Assembly (NCBI RefSeq): GCF_006345805.1
Contig: NC_043003.1
Coordinates: forward strand, 54,994,001 to 55,058,000
Direction: 5' to 3'
Origin: Octopus sinensis
Taxonomy: Eukaryota
DNA length: 64,000 nucleotides
A model generated the notes under the pieces. The model saw only the letters and a list, made by a program, of their open reading frames with translations, ran no database searches and was not told the origin of the DNA. Within the stretch, counting starts at the first letter, position 1, and every line of letters starts with the position of its first letter. Position numbers and translations under genes: made by a program. Positions 57,481 through 64,000 of the stretch are shown here, piece after piece.

Positions 57481-57865
57481 AATTCTACCACATACCGCCA
57501 TAAACAAGATTACCGATAATAATAATTATCGTATTTATAATCATTAACAATCATCATCATTGTCTCAACAAGATTGTTTTTTCATAATGTAATTTATTTC
57601 ATTCTAATTCATCTCATCATGCTATTATATATAAAAAGAAAAATGCATAAATAGAAATGATGGAACATTCTCAAACCATTATTTTTTTCGTTCTTCTTTA
57701 TTTGTTTTTTTTGTAATTTTTTTGTTTTGCTTTGTTTTACTTTTGTCAGAACCTGTAGCTGTTTCGTTTCACGTGATATTCTCGTATCATCCCTAAATAG
57801 AAAATTATCATAACAACAACAGCAATAATAATAATGATGATAATAATAATAATAATATAATAATA

Positions 57866-57901
<36 letters not shown>

Positions 57902-58691
57902 AGATGAATATTACAAAAAGTAAAAAGAATTGAAATATATAAAAAAAAACACATTCATATTTCTTCAACCATTCTGGTGCCCTTTCAGGGATGAGAACAA
58001 TCTTTGGTGATACATTTTTATTTCATATTAATGTGATGATTTATTGTGATATAAAACGGTGTGCCATGAAGAAAATATGGTCGACTATCATATTTTCATT
58101 TTTTCCCCTTCCAGCGCATTTTCTCCGAAACACTATTTTTTTGTTTTTCTGTTAACAGCTGAGAGGATTTACATCAAGAAAATTTTGAAAGAAAAAATAA
58201 ATCTTGTTTAATGTTTTTTGTTAAACCCCAGTTCTGCCCTTATCAAGCAGACACATGATGACAGGCACTCCCGCCTTGAGCACAACGTATTTGTTTCACA
58301 CACAGTGTATCTAGAATTATATTATCTAATGTCATTTGTTGGAAGTAATATGAGAAAGATTTACCTGCTATTTCTAGTGTGTTAAATCACCAGGTAAAAG
58401 GTCTAATGCATTGCTTGCATATACTCATACATATATATGCAGAAATATATATGTTTTATATACATATACATACACGTGTGTTCGAAGAGTTGTATACAGC
58501 AAAAGCTCTGAAAATCTATATGAAACTTCCTCCCATAATGTTTCTTTCAATGTGTTAGTTATTATATTTTACTATATAATTATTCGGTTTTAATTTAAGA
58601 GATTTTTTCCTCAAATATCGTGATTGTTTACATACATACATACACACATACATTCATACATACATACATACATACATACATACACACATAC

Positions 58692-58920
58692 TACTCTTTA
58701 TTCTTACTCTTTACTCTTTTTACACGACCACTCTTTTACTCTTTACACTACCACAATTTACTCGTTTCAGTCATTTGACTTCGGCCATGCTAGAGCACCG
58801 CCTTTAGTCTAAGAATTTGACCCCAGGGCTTATTCTTTGTAAGCCTGGTATTTATTTCTCATTTATCGAATCGCTAAATTTCGGGGACATAAACACACCA
58901 ACATCGGTTGTCAAGCAATG
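58692..58920 (-). mobile_element. SINE family B, 3' half
   Basis: TACTCTT repeats followed by CAGTCATTTGACTTCGGCCATGCTAGAGCACCGCC. Confidence 0.8.
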
Positions 58921-61887
58921 TGTATATGTATACATATATGTATATATATGTTAGTGTGTGAGTGTGTGAGAGTGTCTGTGTGTATGTGTACATGTATACT
59001 CATTCATTAATCATTATCCATTTACATACATGCACATACTTACACACACAGACGCACGCACTAACGCACACACCGTCGTAATCTTCCTAGTGAGAGATTA
59101 ATTTTTCTTGAAACCAATCATTTAGTCCCAGGATTAGTCGACTTTTTAGAAATCTGCTTCAAGATAGCGACAGTCAGCAAGCGTTAGCTTTCTGTTAATT
59201 CCCAAAATATATGCCACCACCACCACCACCATTACCATCACCTTCACTGGCGTTATCACCGTTACTGTAGTTAAATAGACTACCAAATTCTAGCAGCTCC
59301 AACATTTCTGTCATCACTATCGCCATCATCACACCTATCATCACCTCCTTCGCCATCACAGCTTGGATCTCTTTATCATTAACACCAACAATACTAGAGT
59401 CATCCGTAATATCAGCACCAGCAGCAACACGCGTATCATATCATTAGCCAGCCAAACACCAACACTACATGAATTCCATCACAAATATTACAATAAATAT
59501 TCCCATCAGAATCATCACAATTAACGCCATTAACTGCAACAATACCACAACCGTCATATTGTCATTCAGGCTGCAAGAATATGCGGTCAGTCTGAAAGAA
59601 TTTATGTCTTACCGTCATGGAAAATGATTACGTAAGCAATATAATTGAATACTGAATACCGTATGCTGGAAAAGTTGAAAAATCAGAATGGTCGAAAGAT
59701 AGGACTTCAACGCAGACACATTTCTCACAATGCGTATACAGTCAGAGAACGACAGTGCGAACGAAAGTGAACGAATGGGAACAAAAGTCCCCATAACAAT
59801 AAATGTCAGAGGAAGTCAACAAAGCGATGCGATGTACTCTCAATAAGTTTTCATAATCTACATGAATTTTTCCGAACAGTTGAACTATTTTGAGATTAAA
59901 TTACGGATGCATGATTTCACAGTCACATGTCCTCACAAATAAATCACTCCAAATCAGTAAAAAAAAGTATGTAAAAAACCTGGACCAAGAGATTTGCAAA
60001 TATAATCCATCCGTTCGGCAAGTCCAGCAATTCCAGTTTTGCTTTCCGTGTTTGAGTATACCAGGTGCTTCCCACTGATATCATATATCATGTTGCTAAT
60101 CTAAAACAACATTATGGAAATCACATACATATCTGAAAGAATTAATGACGCATCTACCAAATCCAGTTTCTTTCGACTTGCGAGTAAAACCAGTTGATAT
60201 CAAGTACAACCGACTATCGCAGTCAACAATAAACAAGACAAAATTACTACAAATAACATTCAGAGAAAATATATACGACACTGTAAACAGATCTAAATAC
60301 TGCACAAACATCTTTAGCACAATTAGAGCTACTGTACGTCACTATCAGAGAGGAATAATAATTGTTTTCAAATATTATATTAAATCCATCATATGTTACG
60401 ACAGTACTAACTGAGCTACAAGTACCTCCATCAGAAAGCTGAAAACATCATACCTTGTATAGTAATACGGTCTACATAGACACACAATACCTACCCGACG
60501 AAATACGTGTACCTAAATGAGCATATGAAATGTTAAGTCTGATGTCTCAGCAATTTCGGCCGGCACCTCGTGTCTTTAAATGAAAAACATTCAGGTTCAT
60601 TATATACTAAAATAACACGCAAAGAATAAGTTCCATCATATTCAACCTCGATAAACTTTAAAAATACATAAACATTTAAACATAGAAATAACGGCAATAT
60701 GACGCTACTAGCCACACACACTATGCTGCGATACACAATACCAACAACAAATACAGAGAAGGAGTAAACGTCACACTTTCGTCGTCCCTGTTGTGTCTAT
60801 CACCAGAATATATCTCTGTATAGAAATATGTTTATAAGTAAATTGATGCAACATGACTAGATAGTCGTTCTGCATCCCAAATGATTCTTCAGTGATTCCT
60901 AATGCATACAGTATGATCCTCACCCAGATGGGGTTAATATATAACAGAGAGAGAGAGAGAGAGTGGGACATTGAGGGTTTCGTCATCCTTTGGTTGACTA
61001 CTTGTGTTTCAATGATTGAGCGATTAGGTCCCATATGGACAACTTAACAACAACAACAATAATAACACAAGAAGACCAACAAAGACAATAACAACAACAA
61101 TAACAACTGCAACAAAAGCGGCAACGGCTAGAAAGGTATTATCATTAGCACTAACACCAGTACTACCACACAGCGATTACCGCAACACTACAGTACCAAT
61201 ACCGTCAGCTCTACCAGCCATATCACACAGATATCACCACTACTACAACCCGTATCGTTAGCACATAGCACATGATTACCTCAAACAGTACCAATAACCA
61301 CTACCATTACAAACCTCACATTCATTCCCATTATCACCATTTATTATCTTACGCTAGAAATGTAACAATAAATTTGATTTATATTGCGATAAGCGGACGA
61401 TTAAAGCTTATTTTGCAAAATGCCTTTATGAATATTTTCTAATTCTTTGCCAGACCAAGCCATATTAAACCATAACTACAATATCTACACACTAAACCTT
61501 AACTACACCATCACAAAATTACTCAAGAATAATTACATTATTACCAGACTATATGATAACTATAGCATAAACGCACTGTAAGATAAATACATCATCACGA
61601 CATTATGCAGTAATCACACTCCATCACCACCCCATTCGATAATGATATTGTAAGAAAATCACCACAGCATTACCCAATGAACAAATATACAATCATTACG
61701 CTACGCCATAGTCACATACTCTACTGTCACATTATCACACAAGAATCAAACAAACACTACGTTATGCTATAGATACTTTATCACTACAGCGTATGATAGC
61801 TACATCCGCCATAATTACACGATCTCTACATAACACAATAGTCACATTATCAGCACACTGTTCGATAGCTGCAACACATCATAGCCA

Positions 61888-62486
<599 letters not shown>

Positions 62487-62649
62487 ACTACACATTTACA
62501 ACATTATACATCCTTAATCATAAAAATAAAACGCTAGAATGCTATATAAAAACTATATTGAACCAAACCAAATTAATCCACAACCAATCCCCACGACGGT
62601 ACTTCTTTACCATTCTGTACAACAATACCACAAATTTTTCTACTCTTTT

Positions 62650-63231
62650 CCAATCTAGGCACGAACCCGAAATTTGTGGGGAGGGGGCCAGTTGATTAGA
62701 TCGACCCCAGTACGCAACTAGTACTTAATTTATCGACCCCGAAAGGATGAAAGACAAAGTCGTCCTCGGTGGAATTTGAACTCAGAACGTAAAGGCAGAC
62801 GAAATACATATTTCTTTACTACCCACAAGGGGCTAAACAAAGTGGAGACAAACAAGGACAGACAAACAGATTAAGTCGATTACATCGACCCTACTGCGTA
62901 ACTGGTACTTATTTAATCGACCCCGAAAGGATGAAAGGCAAAGTCGACCTCGGCGGAATTTGAACTCAGAACGTAGCGGCAGATGAAATACCTATTTCTA
63001 TTTCTTTACTACCCACAAGGAGCTAAACACAGAGAGGACAAACAAGGACAGACTAACGGATTAAGTCGACTATATCCACCCCAGTGTGTAACTGGTACTT
63101 ATTTAATCGACCCTGAAAGGATGAAAGGCAAAGTCGACCTCGGTGGAATTTGAACTCAGAACGTAACGGCAGACGAAATACCGCTAAGCATTTCGCCCGG
63201 GGTGCTAACGTTTCTGCCAGATCGCCACCTT
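62650..63231 (-). mobile_element. SINE family C head followed by three tandem core units
   Basis: ATCGACCC(C/T)GAAAGGATGAAAG at 62732, 62916 and 63106 (periods 184 and 190); head present once at 63180-63231. Confidence 0.9.
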
Positions 63232-64000
63232 CCATAAACCACAAGTACACCACACTGCAACCATAGCATACAGAAAATATACGACGTTGTACAACATCAC
63301 ACTTCACCAGAACTACGCAACCTCTTCAACTACACAAATCAGTTACATCACATTACAAATTATAACACTTAATACAGCACACAAGCACAGCGGAACTCTA
63401 TAACACTACAGTCAGATACATTTTACGAGCCCATTACATCAAACGACTCCAAAAATCTTCTCACAGCTATAACTAAAGTAGACTACACTTCGACCAAATA
63501 TATAGCTGCACCAAACTATATATTAAGCCAAAACACAAAACAACCACATCGTAACATGAAACTAACAATACAACCAATTCCGAACTTACATCATCACATC
63601 CCACCAATTATACGCCACATCTACAGGACACTTTCCTCTCTCCTCTATGCTACCGCACTACCCCTTTCTTACCTCTATTCTCAACGTCTACTCCACCTCA
63701 TCTCAACAAATCCTCCGGACCCTCCGCGTATCATGACTTCTTCTTTGCTTATTTTTTGTCCCCTCTCTTTTTCCAGCCAATCTTCGTTTTGTTCTCTGCC
63801 TCTTTTTTTACGCTTGTTGTCTTCTTCCGTGTCATTTCTCTTCGTCTTTCCTGCTTCTGGTTTTCCCTGCTTTTTTGTTACTCCTTTTTTTTATTCTGAT
63901 TCTGTACCCTTTCAATTTTTTTATGCCTCATTTCAGATTTAACTGCATCTCTTCACAGCTACATCTCAGCTGATGCCTCTCCTCTCTCCTACTACTCTCC

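Noticed and set aside
60096-60420. 89-aa ORF MTHLPNPVSFDL..
   Set aside because: No motif recognised; compositionally biased region
62700-63180. Regularly spaced repeats resembling a CRISPR array
   Set aside because: The entire 184-190 bp unit is repeated with no unique spacers, and the context is eukaryotic

Overview
This is eukaryotic, strongly AT-rich, repeat-saturated DNA. I found no host protein-coding exon, rRNA, true tRNA or CRISPR array, so it is probably intergenic or intronic. The SINE families and microsatellite load resemble a coleoid cephalopod (Octopus-like) genome; this is an inference from recalled repeat motifs, not a search result. Nearly all supplied ORFs are microsatellite read-through. 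Recognisable content: (1) many tRNA-headed SINEs of about three modular families; (2) decayed DNA transposons (Chapaev, hAT, two mariners, a maT/DD37D-like element, a Helentron-type HINE); (3) decayed retroelements (R4/Dong LINE, RTE, Tx1-like, Gypsy RNase H, Penelope GIY-YIG); (4) long simple repeats. The standout is 12830-13980: a near-identical, ORF-less 481-bp unit present in partial tandem and inverted arrangement inside a (TA)n tract. The unit carries a type I hammerhead ribozyme motif, and the inversion junction falls 2-4 nt from the predicted self-cleavage site, consistent with a young retrozyme or Penelope-pLTR-like element copied from a self-cleaved, possibly circular RNA. Three further unrelated, degenerate hammerhead-like motifs lie within 10 kb. 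All protein-family assignments are by-eye motif matches.
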